Source: Escherichia coli
GTDB taxonomy: Bacteria > Pseudomonadota > Gammaproteobacteria > Enterobacterales > Enterobacteriaceae
DNA length: 64,000 nucleotides
Strand: one strand, 5' to 3'
NCBI RefSeq assembly: GCF_003991155.1
Contig: NZ_CP031293.1
A program made the position numbers and the translations under genes. The notes below the pieces were generated by a model. It saw only the letters and a program-made list of their open reading frames with translations, was not told the DNA's origin and searched no databases. Shown here one piece after another: positions 39,785 through 51,208 of the stretch (positions are counted from its first letter, which is position 1; every line of letters starts with the position of its first letter).

Positions 39785-42091
39785 CTACATTCCATAACGT
39801 TCAGAAATAGCAGCATGCTTCTCTTCATTCGCCCCGGCTTCTTTGGCAAGACGCCACCAGCACAACGGATGTTCCCAGTCAGCGGTCAATTCGTGCAAGG
39901 TCTTATCGATATCACCTTTAGAAACTGAACGCGGCGCGCTGATAACAAAGTAGAACGCGGGCAGCGGCTGTGCATCTTCTCCCTGCTGGCTGTCCGTTAA
40001 CGTATAGTCCTCGTTACTGTTGCTCCAGTAGTACCAGTTTCGTTCACGGAGCGCCTCACGGAAGGCATTAAACTGTTCTTCACCAGGCATGACACCTTCG
40101 CAGAACCAGGACTCGCCGTACTCAGTCGGGATAATGGTTTGCAGGCAGGCATAAAGTGGCGTGAAATTCTTCCGTTCTTCCTCATCCTCTGGTTGGGTGT
40201 TCAATATTTCCGCATCGAATACCACAACTTCATCAACATGTTGCGGATAATCGGTCCGGTAAGTTGGCTCAATGATCCTTGCTGTTACCGGCCCAATACG
40301 TTGAGCATAGTAATAGCGGTATTCATAATTTTCCCGGAAGCGAATGTTTAGCAGTCCCCATTTTTCGTCGATAAAACCTTCACCTTCCGTAAGTTCGATT
40401 TCCAGTTCAGCTGCAATAGCACGAACCAATTCCCATTGTTGCAGGATGCTGGCGGTCGCCATGATATCCCACTGGATATTACGAATATCTTCTTCACGGC
40501 TAATCATCAGTTGCTGCAATTGTTGTAAATAATCCAGCTGTCGATCCCAGGCTTCCTGTTTTTGTGCTGCCCAGGAGCACATGCGATAAACGCCGATCCA
40601 CTCACGCCCTTTTTCGTTTTGCAGCAACTGGTGCCCAATCGACTCGAGTTCACTCCAGTCTTCCTGTTGGTTGATCACTCGCGCACGGAACCACAAGGCC
40701 ATATGTAGCAGCCCCGCCTGTTCATACTGCTTCGCCAGGTGCTCAATGGTTTGCAGATCGTCACGGTGGAGCAATAAATCCAACAGATCGAAGCAAAGAC
40801 CATTATCTTCCTGGATGTGGCTTTCGACGTAGCGTTGCAGAAGTTCAATCGACTCATCAATCGCATTACAGGCGTTTAACGCATTGACCAGTTTGCCCAG
40901 CAATTCCGCATCATCTGGCGCGTTCAGGTAAGCGCGGCGGAATGTTTCGACGTCTTTTTCTGGATCTGGCTGCGTTTCTTCATCGCTATTTTCAGGTATT
41001 TCTACAACCGGACGAGCAAGCAACTCTGCTTCTTTGGCGGCGATTTTTTCACTCAGTTCGAGAAACTCACGATCAACCCCCAGTAACACGCGTAATTTTG
41101 GCATGTGTCGCTGGGCCAGTTTCATCGCTATTTTGGCAACCCAGACGGATTCACGCTCCAGCGCCAGGGTAATTTGCAGTTTCGCCAGATCAACCACTTT
41201 GCGGTGCGCTCCGGCCTGCGAGCGGTGCTCCAGTATTTTTTGGATGATGCGCGCCAGTTGCCAGTTGTTTCTTTGTGGATGACGGGGAAGTAACACAGTA
41301 ATGATTTTCAGCCATGACCCCCATGAATGGGGAGTCAGATCTGACCAACGCGGTAATTCCTCCCAGACTTCTTCGTCCTGCCCGCATAACGCCATGATGT
41401 ACAGTTTTTTGAGGTGATTACTAATGCGGTCGCGGCCCCAGTAATCATTGGCTTCTGTCAGCTCATCAATCAGTATGCGTGCTTCATCATAACGCTGAAG
41501 TTCAATCAGAATATCGGCACGAGTATAAAGTAATGCATCAATATCATCTTCCCCGGCTGCTTTAACTGCGTCGATTTGTCGATCCAGATAAGCCAGTGCC
41601 TCCTCTATTCTTTTGGAATCTATCAGTGCACTGGCATATTCAGTGGACAAACACTGAAAACAGCTCCAGGTCGGATCAATCCGCGCGATGGTTTCTTCAC
41701 ATACCGCCATACGTTCATTCGCCCAGCCAGGTGCATCAATATTTTCGTAGCAGGCGGATAAATCCTGGGTAACGCAGATAGATTGTGGGCAATCTTTTGT
41801 CTCTTCCCGGTGCGCTTTTTCAAACAGCGCTACCACGTCTGGCAGCACCTTTTCACCTTCTTCATAGTTAGTCAGGCGATGACGCATTTCCCAGTGACCA
41901 ATAAATATTTCCAGCCACGGATTTTTTGCCACCTGGGTAAGTGCTTTTACTTCAGGTAACAGCGAATCGCACTTTTCCATTTGCAGGTGCATAACGCCTT
42001 CCGAATAATCATCGATAAGTTGCGGAATATACTCCTGCCCGGCATCGCGTAACTCCTTAGTATATTTGTGATACCACTCCCATATATCCAT
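39785..42091 (-). CDS. Hypothetical 768-aa largely helical protein, partner of the Hsp90-like ATPase (translationally coupled); strain-specific
   Basis: ATG at 42089-42091 sits 1 nt from the upstream gene's stop (42093-42095); Trp- and Glu-rich, no catalytic motif I can recognise. Confidence 0.6.
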   Translation of the reverse strand: MDIWEWYHKYTKELRDAGQEYIPQLIDDYSEGVMHLQMEKCDSLLPEVKALTQVAKNPWLEIFIGHWEMRHRLTNYEEGEKVLPDVVALFEKAHREETKDCPQSICVTQDLSACYENIDAPGWANERMAVCEETIARIDPTWSCFQCLSTEYASALIDSKRIEEALAYLDRQIDAVKAAGEDDIDALLYTRADILIELQRYDEARILIDELTEANDYWGRDRISNHLKKLYIMALCGQDEEVWEELPRWSDLTPHSWGSWLKIITVLLPRHPQRNNWQLARIIQKILEHRSQAGAHRKVVDLAKLQITLALERESVWVAKIAMKLAQRHMPKLRVLLGVDREFLELSEKIAAKEAELLARPVVEIPENSDEETQPDPEKDVETFRRAYLNAPDDAELLGKLVNALNACNAIDESIELLQRYVESHIQEDNGLCFDLLDLLLHRDDLQTIEHLAKQYEQAGLLHMALWFRARVINQQEDWSELESIGHQLLQNEKGREWIGVYRMCSWAAQKQEAWDRQLDYLQQLQQLMISREEDIRNIQWDIMATASILQQWELVRAIAAELEIELTEGEGFIDEKWGLLNIRFRENYEYRYYYAQRIGPVTARIIEPTYRTDYPQHVDEVVVFDAEILNTQPEDEEERKNFTPLYACLQTIIPTEYGESWFCEGVMPGEEQFNAFREALRERNWYYWSNSNEDYTLTDSQQGEDAQPLPAFYFVISAPRSVSKGDIDKTLHELTADWEHPLCWWRLAKEAGANEEKHAAISERYGM

Positions 42092-42092
42092 T

Positions 42093-43928
42093 TTATTTTC
42101 CTTGATTAATTAAGACAGGAATAACCTGAGTAAAATCTTCCAGTGCCTGGTGTAAATCCCAATGCTGTTCTTTATTACCGCTGGAGCACAAAATCACTTT
42201 CAGCGATTTTAATAAGCGTAATGCCGCTGCGGGCTGTTGCTGGTGTTGTAATGCCGTCACCAGTTGCATGATGCAAGGGTTATTAAGGTTGATGTATAAA
42301 CTTGAGGTTTTCGTTTTTTGGATTTGTGAAGTAAATTGCCGCGCCAGCATTAACGCTGCGGTGCTGATGCGTTTATCTGCGTCATCCTGTTCGAGAATTT
42401 GTTTTAATTCTGCTTCGCGGTCTGGCGTAACCACTAACGGTAAAACGGCGGGTTCGAAGCGGGAGATAATTAATTGCTCGCCATCGCAGAGATGCTCTTC
42501 CAGATAAGCTACCTGCTCTTCGGGTAATTCCGCCAGGCTGAACAACTGCTCATTACCTGTTTGCGTACCGACTTCGACAATCCGGCAGTGATATAACAGC
42601 GCCCAGCGACGTAAAAATGGCACGACGGCATAGCGATCGCCACGGGCAACGGGCCGTTGCAGAATGTGGAACAACATCTCTTCAAAACCGCCGTCGCGGC
42701 TTAACAGAATATGAATGCTGTTATTAACGCGTAAATCCTTCGCCAGCAACGCCCCTTTTGACGTTGGCACCTGCAAGCGATCTTTGAGCAAATCAAACAG
42801 ACGGTCATCACATAATGCCGCACCGAGCAACGCTTCGTTGTGGCGCATTAATACACGCCGCCAGATTTCTGGCTGATTTTGTGCGAGATCGGACAAACCA
42901 GAAATCAGCGCCTCTTTTAACGCCTCCTGCACCGCAACCCAGGTTTCGTCCCGCTGGAGATCTTCCCGGCTCGCCGTAGGCGTTAGTTTCGATGACTCAA
43001 TCACGCCGCCAATAAATCCGGCCCAGGGAGGTAACAACTCACGCGCTTCATCATCCAGTAACATACCGCGCAAAAACAGCGACAGGTTGCGGTTATCGCT
43101 GGTGCCGTAGGTTGCGCCATCCTGAATCCATAAAATCCCAACCGCGTCGCTCATCCCCACGGGCACCACCGGAATGGTGCAAATCGGTTCGAAGGAGGAT
43201 TCAAACTGGGCGGCAAAGGCGAGATTTTTACGCTGTACCAGCGCGCGGTGCATGGTTACGCCTTCGGGGGCAACTTCACGCCACGGTGGTTGAAGTTTAT
43301 TTACCGGCTCGCTGGCATCGCCGACATAGACCGGTTCGTGCAGCAATATACAGTAGCGGGAAAGAACGCGGTTCAGCAAATTGTTACTCGCCAGATGGCT
43401 GTACTCTTCTTTGAGCGTCAGAATCACCTGCGTACCCGTTTCCGAGGACTGATGCGGCGTAACGGTATATTTTTGCCCGTCGGTAGAGTGGTATTTCCAG
43501 CTCTGATCCGGCGTTTGCCAGGATGTGGTCAACACCGTGACCTCTTTCGCCAACACAAAGGCCGACAAAAAACCGAGGCCGAACATACCAATTAAACCGG
43601 TGTTGTCATCCTGCTGGCGCAACATTCGGGTATAACCCACGCCTACTGTCGCCAGGAAGCCGTGAATTTCACTTTCTGTCAGTCCAGCGCCAGTATCGCT
43701 AATAGTGATAGTGGACTTCGCCACGTCTGCCACCACACGAATCGCGTTATCCTTTGGCGCATCGGGCTGCTCAATCCTGCGGCGAACGATCGCATCATGG
43801 CCGTTCTGCACCAGCTCGCGCACGGCAACCACGGGAGTGGAGTAAAGATGCTTACTGAGCACCTCAATTAAGCCGTTTAAATTAACTTCTGTAGAATATG
43901 AACTACCAGGTAACTGTAATGTACTCAT
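42093..43928 (-). CDS. Hsp90/HtpG-like GHKL ATPase (paralog of htpG, not the housekeeping gene); strain-specific
   Basis: 611-aa ORF with Bergerat-fold motifs in Hsp90 spacing: E38-x3-N42-x2-D45-A (ELVQNGHDA), D78-T-G-A-G-L-T, G114-MFGLGFLSAF. Confidence 0.7.
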   Translation of the reverse strand: MSTLQLPGSSYSTEVNLNGLIEVLSKHLYSTPVVAVRELVQNGHDAIVRRRIEQPDAPKDNAIRVVADVAKSTITISDTGAGLTESEIHGFLATVGVGYTRMLRQQDDNTGLIGMFGLGFLSAFVLAKEVTVLTTSWQTPDQSWKYHSTDGQKYTVTPHQSSETGTQVILTLKEEYSHLASNNLLNRVLSRYCILLHEPVYVGDASEPVNKLQPPWREVAPEGVTMHRALVQRKNLAFAAQFESSFEPICTIPVVPVGMSDAVGILWIQDGATYGTSDNRNLSLFLRGMLLDDEARELLPPWAGFIGGVIESSKLTPTASREDLQRDETWVAVQEALKEALISGLSDLAQNQPEIWRRVLMRHNEALLGAALCDDRLFDLLKDRLQVPTSKGALLAKDLRVNNSIHILLSRDGGFEEMLFHILQRPVARGDRYAVVPFLRRWALLYHCRIVEVGTQTGNEQLFSLAELPEEQVAYLEEHLCDGEQLIISRFEPAVLPLVVTPDREAELKQILEQDDADKRISTAALMLARQFTSQIQKTKTSSLYINLNNPCIMQLVTALQHQQQPAAALRLLKSLKVILCSSGNKEQHWDLHQALEDFTQVIPVLINQGK

Positions 43929-44195
43929 TTTTCAATACTCATAATCCATCACCTACTATTGAAAATACATCGCTGTTTTTACAACCGGTGCAAGGTTTGT
44001 TATTTCATTCACTCATCGGAAACATTTATTTATTGACGCGATGATTAAAACAAAATGTCTTATATAAATAATGATTAATTCTTAAAGGATTAATGCGACT
44101 GGAGTATATCGATATAACCCGGAGTTAACGAGATAATTTCTTGTGGTGAAATTATTATTTGAATGCTGAATAATATATTGAGGATTATTTAATAG

Positions 44196-44231
44196 AAAAA
44201 TAAAACCGCAATCCAGAATCAGAATTGCGGT
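44196..44231 (-). terminator. Rho-independent terminator of fdhD (accgcaat...attgcggt hairpin + T-run on the minus strand)
   Basis: Hairpin and U-run immediately downstream of the fdhD stop. Confidence 0.55.
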
Positions 44232-44237
44232 ATTTCT

Positions 44238-45074
44238 TTAATTATGAATCAATCGCTGCGGATGAGTATAAACCGTTGCCCGACCCGGTTTACAAAAACC
44301 TACCAGTGTCAGATTACAGCGTTCAGCCACTTCTACAGCAAGTGTGGTCGCGGCAGATACCGCAAACAAAATCTCTACGCCACACATCGCTGACTTTTGC
44401 ACCATTTCATAACTGGCACGGCTGGAAACCAGCACCGCACCTTGCTGCCAGCTTTCCCCTTCTTGTGACCGGCGGCCTAACAGTTTGTCCAGCGCCACAT
44501 GGCGACCCACGTCTTCATGCCCGCCGACCAGTTCGCCAGATGGCAACATCCATGCAGCGGCGTGAGTACAACCAGTCAGTTGCCCCACTGGCTGGAAATC
44601 ATTGAGATGACGTAATGCATCATCCAGTTTGTTGAGATCAAACGTCTGGGTGAATGGCAGCGGCTGCACCGGTTTACCGATGTCATTAAGTTGCTCCACG
44701 CCGCATACGCCACAGCCCGTACGCCCCGCCAGCGCCCGGCGACGTTCCTTCAACCCCATAAAGCGGCGGCTGGAAAGCTCAATTTGAACTTCAAGACCAT
44801 TACAGGAAGGAACGACATCCATGCCAAAGATATCGCGCGGACTTTCGATTATCCCCTCGGAAAGCGAAAAACCGAGCGCAAAGTACTCAAGGTCTTTGGG
44901 CGACGCCATCATCACCACATGCGAAATGCCGTTGTAGACCAGCGCAACGGGAACCTCTTCCGCCACCTCATCTAACCGTGGGTGTTGTAAATCATCACGC
45001 CGCCATAACTCAATTTGACGAACACCTGTGATATTTGTCACATTTTCGATTTCTTTTTGCTGTGTTTTTTTCAC
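44238..45074 (-). CDS. fdhD: Formate dehydrogenase sulfurtransferase FdhD
   Basis: 278-aa [37 protein letters not shown]... Confidence 0.93.
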   Translation of the reverse strand: MKKTQQKEIENVTNITGVRQIELWRRDDLQHPRLDEVAEEVPVALVYNGISHVVMMASPKDLEYFALGFSLSEGIIESPRDIFGMDVVPSCNGLEVQIELSSRRFMGLKERRRALAGRTGCGVCGVEQLNDIGKPVQPLPFTQTFDLNKLDDALRHLNDFQPVGQLTGCTHAAAWMLPSGELVGGHEDVGRHVALDKLLGRRSQEGESWQQGAVLVSSRASYEMVQKSAMCGVEILFAVSAATTLAVEVAERCNLTLVGFCKPGRATVYTHPQRLIHN

Positions 45075-45267
45075 TTTCTCTTAACCAGATAAGAACACAC
45101 ACACCAACATTATGGTATTCTGTTACAAACCCTTCCTGGATGGAGGGAAATTGAGCCAATTCTGGACCTTTGCGGCCCCTTCCGCAAAGAAAAATAACTC
45201 CCACTCCCTGCACACGCAGCAAGCGAATGTAAATGGGACGTGACAATGTCGAAACAAGGAGCAATCC

Positions 45268-48200
45268 ATGCAGGTCAGCAGAAGGCAGTTCTTTAAGATC
45301 TGCGCTGGCGGTATGGCAGGCACCACGGCAGCGGCACTGGGTTTTGCACCCAGCGTAGCACTCGCGGAAACCCGGCAGTATAAACTGCTGCGCACCCGCG
45401 AAACCCGTAATACCTGCACCTATTGTTCCGTAGGCTGTGGGCTGTTGATGTACAGCCTCGGTGACGGAGCAAAAAACGCCAAAGCATCTATCTTCCATAT
45501 CGAAGGCGATCCGGATCACCCGGTCAACCGCGGTGCACTTTGTCCGAAAGGCGCTGGCCTGGTGGATTTCATCCACTCCGAAAGCCGCCTGAAGTTTCCG
45601 GAATACCGTGCGCCAGGTTCTGATAAATGGCAACAAATCAGTTGGGAAGAGGCGTTTGATCGCATCGCCAAACTGATGAAAGAAGACCGCGATGCGAACT
45701 ACATTGCGCAAAACGCCGAAGGCGTGACTGTTAACCGCTGGCTCTCCACCGGGATGCTGTGTGCTTCCGCGTCGAGTAACGAAACCGGCTATTTAACGCA
45801 AAAATTCTCCCGCGCGCTGGGGATGCTCGCGGTCGACAACCAGGCGCGTGTCTGACACGGACCAACGGTAGCAAGTCTTGCTCCAACATTTGGTCGCGGT
45901 GCGATGACCAACCACTGGGTCGACATCAAGAACGCCAACCTCGTCGTGGTGATGGGCGGTAACGCCGCTGAAGCTCACCCGGTCGGGTTCCGCTGGGCGA
46001 TGGAAGCCAAAATTCACAACGGCGCGAAGCTGATTGTGATCGATCCTCGCTTTACACGTACGGCGGCGGTGGCTGACTACTATGCCCCTATTCGTTCCGG
46101 TACTGACATTGCTTTCCTGTCAGGCGTATTGCTGTACCTGCTGAACAATGAAAAATTCAACCGCGAATACACCGAAGCCTATACCAACGCCAGCCTGATC
46201 GTGCGTGAGGATTACGGCTTTGAAGATGGCCTGTTCACCGGCTACGACGCGGAAAAACGCAAGTACGATAAATCCAGCTGGACCTACGAGCTGGACGAAA
46301 ACGGCTTCGCCAAACGCGATACCACGCTGCAACATCCGCGCTGCGTGTGGAACTTGCTGAAACAGCACGTTTCCCGTTATACGCCAGATGTGGTTGAAAA
46401 CATCTGCGGTACGCCAAAAGACGCGTTCCTGAAAGTCTGCGAATACATCGCCGAAACCAGTGCTCACGATAAAACTGCCTCGTTCCTTTACGCGCTCGGC
46501 TGGACGCAACACTCCATTGGTGCGCAAAACATTCGTACGATGGCGATGATCCAGCTGCTGCTCGGCAACATGGGGATGGCAGGCGGCGGCGTTAACGCCC
46601 TGCGCGGTCACTCCAATATTCAGGGGCTGACCGACCTGGGGCTACTGTCGCAGAGTCTGCCAGGTTACATGACGTTGCCAAGCGAGAAGCAGACCGATCT
46701 GCAAACTTACCTCGCTGCCAACACGCCAAAACCACTGCTGGAAGGCCAGGTCAACTACTGGGGCAACTACCCGAAATTCTTCGTCTCTATGATGAAGGCC
46801 TTCTTTGGTGATAAAGCGACGGCGGAAAATAGCTGGGGCTTTGACTGGTTGCCGAAGTGGGATAAAGGCTACGACGTCCTGCAATACTTCGAGATGATGA
46901 AAGAGGGCAAGGTCAATGGCTATATCTGCCAGGGCTTTAACCCTGTTGCCTCATTCCCGAACAAAAACAAAGTGATCGGCTGTCTGTCGAAGCTGAAATT
47001 CCTCGTGACTATCGACCCGCTGAACACTGAAACCTCTAACTTCTGGCAGAACCACGGTGAGCTGAACGAAGTTGACTCGTCGAAGATCCAGACCGAAGTG
47101 TTCCGTCTGCCATCGACCTGCTTTGCGGAAGAGAACGGTTCAATCGTCAACTCTGGTCGCTGGTTGCAGTGGCACTGGAAAGGTGCGGACGCCCCGGGGA
47201 TTGCGCTGACTGACGGCGAGATCCTCTCCGGTATCTTCCTGCGCTTGCGCAAGATGTATGCCGAACAGGGTGGCGCGAACCCGGACCAGGTGCTGAACAT
47301 GACCTGGAACTACGCCATTCCGCATGAGCCATCTTCAGAAGAAGTGGCGATGGAGAGCAACGGCAAAGCGCTGGCCGATATTACCGACCCGGCAACCGGT
47401 GCGGTTATCGTCAAGAAAGGCCAACAACTTAGCTCGTTCGCCCAACTGCGCGATGACGGTACAACCTCCTGTGGCTGCTGGATTTTCGCCGGTAGCTGGA
47501 CGCCGGAAGGCAACCAGATGGCGCGTCGTGATAACGCCGATCCGTCTGGCCTCGGTAACACGCTGGGCTGGGCATGGGCATGGCCGCTTAACCGCCGCAT
47601 TCTGTATAACCGCGCCTCCGCAGATCCGCAGGGTAACCCATGGGATCCGAAGCGTCAGTTGCTGAAATGGGACGGCACTAAGTGGACCGGCTGGGATATT
47701 CCGGATTACAGCGCAGCGCCTCCGGGCAGCGGCGTAGGGCCGTTTATCATGCAGCAGGAAGGCATGGGACGTCTGTTTGCCCTCGATAAGATGGCGGAAG
47801 GTCCGTTCCCGGAACACTACGAGCCGTTTGAAACGCCGCTGGGAACTAACCCGCTGCATCCAAACGTTATCTCGAACCCGGCTGCGCGAATCTTTAAAGA
47901 CGACGCCGAAGCATTGGGTAAAGCCGATAAGTTCCCGTATGTCGGAACCACCTATCGTCTGACCGAGCACTTCCACTACTGGACCAAACACGCGCTGTTG
48001 AACGCGATTTTGCAACCAGAGCAGTTTGTGGAAATCGGGGAGTCGCTGGCGAATAAACTTGGCATTGCCCAGGGCGATACTGTGAAAGTCTCCTCCAACC
48101 GTGGCTATATCAAAGCCAAAGCGGTAGTGACCAAACGTATTCGCACGCTGAAAGCAAACGGCAAAGATATCGATACCATCGGTATTCCGATTCACTGGGG

Positions 48201-48318
48201 CTATGAAGGTGTTGCGAAAAAAGGCTTTATTGCCAATACGTTGACGCCATTCGTCGGTGATGCGAACACGCAGACGCCGGAGTTTAAGTCCTTCCTTGTG
48301 AATGTGGAAAAGGTGTAA
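45268..48318 (+). CDS. fdoG: Formate dehydrogenase-O major subunit (selenoprotein; in-frame UGA at 45853-45855 read as selenocysteine 196; Tat signal RRQFFK)
   Basis: Track ORFs 45268..45855 and 45904..48318 are in the same frame, separated only by TGA; downstream stem-loop consistent with a SECIS element. Confidence 0.93.
45853..45900 (+). promoter_or_regulatory. Sec-UGA codon plus downstream SECIS-like stem-loop of fdoG
   Basis: UGA followed by hairpin-forming sequence (ggtagcaagtcttgctcc); recoding element. Confidence 0.6.
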
Positions 48319-48330
48319 CGGAGACGACAT

Positions 48331-49233
48331 ATGGCTTATCAATCGCAAGATATCATTCGTCGTTCCGCGACTAACGGTCTGACCCCCGCGCCTCAGGCGC
48401 GGGACTTCCAGGAAGAAGTGGCGAAACTCATCGACGTCACCACCTGTATCGGCTGTAAAGCCTGTCAGGTGGCGTGTTCAGAGTGGAACGACATTCGCGA
48501 TACCGTCGGCAATAACATTGGGGTGTACGACAACCCCAATGATTTAAGTGCCAAATCGTGGACGGTGATGCGATTCTCGGAAGTGGAGCAGAACGACAAA
48601 CTGGAATGGCTGATCCGCAAAGACGGCTGTATGCACTGTTCCGATCCAGGCTGCCTGAAAGCGTGCCCGGCGGAAGGGGCAATTATTCAGTATGCCAACG
48701 GTATCGTCGACTTCCAGTCCGAGCAGTGCATCGGCTGCGGTTATTGCATTGCGGGCTGTCCGTTCGACATTCCGCGCCTCAACCCGGAAGACAACCGCGT
48801 CTACAAATGTACGTTGTGCGTTGACCGCGTGGTGGTTGGGCAAGAACCGGCCTGCGTGAAGACCTGCCCAACGGGCGCGATTCACTTCGGTACGAAAGAG
48901 TCGATGAAAACGCTGGCGAGCGAGCGCGTGGCGGAGCTGAAAACCCGTGGTTACGACAATGCGGGTTTGTACGACCCGGCAGGCGTCGGTGGTACACATG
49001 TTATGTACGTGCTGCACCATGCTGACAAGCCAAATCTGTATCATGGCTTGCCGGAGAACCCGGAAATCAGCGAAACCGTGAAATTCTGGAAAGGCATCTG
49101 GAAACCGCTCGCAGCTGTTGGCTTTGCGGCTACCTTCGCAGCCAGTATCTTCCACTACGTGGGTGTCGGTCCGAACCGTGCGGATGAGGAAGAGAATAAT
49201 CTGCACGAAGAGAAAGACGAGGAGCGCAAATGA
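48331..49233 (+). CDS. fdoH: Formate dehydrogenase-O iron-sulfur subunit
   Basis: 300-aa ORF with 4 Cys-x2-Cys-x2-Cys-x3-Cys ferredoxin motifs and a C-terminal TM helix. Confidence 0.95.
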
Positions 49234-49865
49234 AACGACGTGACACCATCGTGCGCTACACCGCGCCGGAACGTATCAACCACTGGATCACCGCCTTCTG
49301 CTTCATCCTGGCGGCGGTGAGCGGGCTGGGCTTTTTGTTCCCGTCCTTCAACTGGTTGATGCAAATCATGGGCACACCGCAGCTGGCGCGCATTCTGCAC
49401 CCGTTTGTCGGCGTGGTTATGTTTGCCTCGTTCATCATCATGTTTTTCCGTTACTGGCATCACAACCTAATCAATCGGGATGATATCTTTTGGGCGAAGA
49501 ATATTCGTAAGATCGTCGTCAACGAGGAAGTAGGTGACACCGGGCGTTATAACTTCGGTCAGAAATGCGTTTTCTGGGCGGCGATTATTTTCCTGGTTCT
49601 GCTGCTGGTGAGCGGCGTGATTATCTGGCGTCCTTATTTTGCGCCTGCTTTCTCAATCCCGGTGATCCGATTCGCGTTAATGCTGCATTCATTTGCCGCA
49701 GTGGCGTTAATTGTGGTTATCATGGTGCATATCTACGCCGCCCTTTGGGTAAAAGGCACGATTACCGCCATGGTGGAAGGATGGGTGACCAGCGCCTGGG
49801 CGAAGAAACATCACCCGCGCTGGTACCGTGAGGTCCGCAAGACAACGGAAAAGAAAGCTGAATGA
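49230..49865 (+). CDS. fdoI: Formate dehydrogenase-O cytochrome b556 subunit
   Basis: 211-aa ORF, 4 TM helices. Confidence 0.93.
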
Positions 49866-50791
49866 GTATTCGCATAATCCCGCAAGATGAGCTGGGTTCG
49901 AGCGAGAAACGTACGGCGGATATGATTCCGCCGTTATTGTTCCCTCGGCTCAAGAATTTATACAACCGCCGCGCCGAGCGTCTGCGCGAGCTGGCAGAAA
50001 ATAATCCGCTGGGTGATTACCTGCGCTTTGCTGCGCTTATCGCCCACGCCCAGGAAGTGGTGCTGTACGACCATCCGCTGGAGATGGATCTGACCACGCG
50101 CATTAAAGAAGCCAGCGCACAAGGCAAGCCCCCGCTGGATATTCACGTTCTGCCGCGTGATAAGCACTGGCAAAAGCTGCTGATGGCGCTGATTGCTGAG
50201 CTGAAACCTGAAATGAGCGGCCCGGCGCTGGCAGTGATTGAGAATCTGGAGAAGGCATCGACTCAGGAGCTGGAAGATATGGCCAGCGCACTGTTTGCCT
50301 CTGATTTCTCGTCCGTCAGCAGCGATAAAGCGCCGTTTATCTGGGCTGCGCTGTCGCTCTACTGGGCGCAGATGGCTAATCTGATCCCCGGCAAAGCCCG
50401 CGCTGAATACGGCGAACAACGTCAATATTGCCCGGTATGTGGCTCTATGCCGGTGTCCAGCATGGTGCAAATTGGCACCACTCAGGGGCTGCGTTACCTG
50501 CACTGCAACCTGTGTGAAACCGAATGGCACGTAGTGCGCGTAAAATGCAGCAACTGTGAACAGAGCGGCAAACTGCATTACTGGTCGCTGGATGACGAAC
50601 AGGCCGCGATTAAAGCCGAAAGCTGCGATGACTGCGGCACTTACCTGAAGATTCTTTATCAGGAAAAAGAACCGAAAGTTGAAGCCGTGGCAGATGACCT
50701 CGCCTCTCTGGTACTGGACGCGCGAATGGAGCAAGAAGGCTATGCCCGTAGTTCCATCAACCCGTTCCTGTTCCCGGGTGAAGGGGAGTAA
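49862..50791 (+). CDS. fdhE: Formate dehydrogenase accessory protein FdhE
   Basis: 309-aa ORF with CxxC pairs ([27 protein letters not shown]). Confidence 0.93.
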   Translation: MSIRIIPQDELGSSEKRTADMIPPLLFPRLKNLYNRRAERLRELAENNPLGDYLRFAALIAHAQEVVLYDHPLEMDLTTRIKEASAQGKPPLDIHVLPRDKHWQKLLMALIAELKPEMSGPALAVIENLEKASTQELEDMASALFASDFSSVSSDKAPFIWAALSLYWAQMANLIPGKARAEYGEQRQYCPVCGSMPVSSMVQIGTTQGLRYLHCNLCETEWHVVRVKCSNCEQSGKLHYWSLDDEQAAIKAESCDDCGTYLKILYQEKEPKVEAVADDLASLVLDARMEQEGYARSSINPFLFPGEGE

Positions 50792-50827
50792 TCTCTGACG
50801 TTTTCCGGGTGGCGCAGGTCGCCCGGA

Positions 50828-51208
50828 TTACAGCTCATAGGGTGTGACGACACCTGCTATTCCCGCAAAATCTCTCGTATTTCGCGTTACCAGTTCAAAG
50901 CCATAAATCTGTGCTGTTGCCAGAATAATGGCATCTGGAAGTTTCATTCTATACTCCTGCCTTAAAGCAACGCTTCGTTCCGCGATATCCTGCGAAATCC
51001 CAATAACGTTAAACGCACTCATTGCAATCCGTGTGCGATGTTCTTGATCATATTTTTTTGCGCCAACCAGCACCTCCATCCATGTGACCAGACTAATCGC
51101 ATTCTGTAGGGGCCATGCCTCCAGAGCCTGTTTTGCCTCAATTCGTCCGCTGAACAAATCGATAAGGATATTGGTATCAAAAAGCGCAGTTCTTTTTGCC
51201 ATTACCAT
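50828..51208 (-). CDS. PIN-domain ribonuclease toxin (VapC-like); start overlaps the stop of yiiF
   Basis: 126-aa ORF with the four PIN acidic residues at D11 (LFDTNILID), E45, D92, D113; ATG-GTA-ATG overlaps the yiiF TAA. Confidence 0.7.
   Translation of the reverse strand: MVMAKRTALFDTNILIDLFSGRIEAKQALEAWPLQNAISLVTWMEVLVGAKKYDQEHRTRIAMSAFNVIGISQDIAERSVALRQEYRMKLPDAIILATAQIYGFELVTRNTRDFAGIAGVVTPYEL

Noticed and set aside
42093-43928. Considered calling the GHKL ATPase a histidine kinase or a MutL/GyrB-type protein
   Set aside because: There is no H-box/DHp domain and no MutL or GyrB downstream domains; the N-box, G1 and G2 motif sequences and spacing match Hsp90/HtpG best.
45853-45903. Apparent disruption of fdoG (pseudogene)
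   Set aside because: A single in-frame UGA with a downstream hairpin at the known selenocysteine position; this is recoding, not gene decay.
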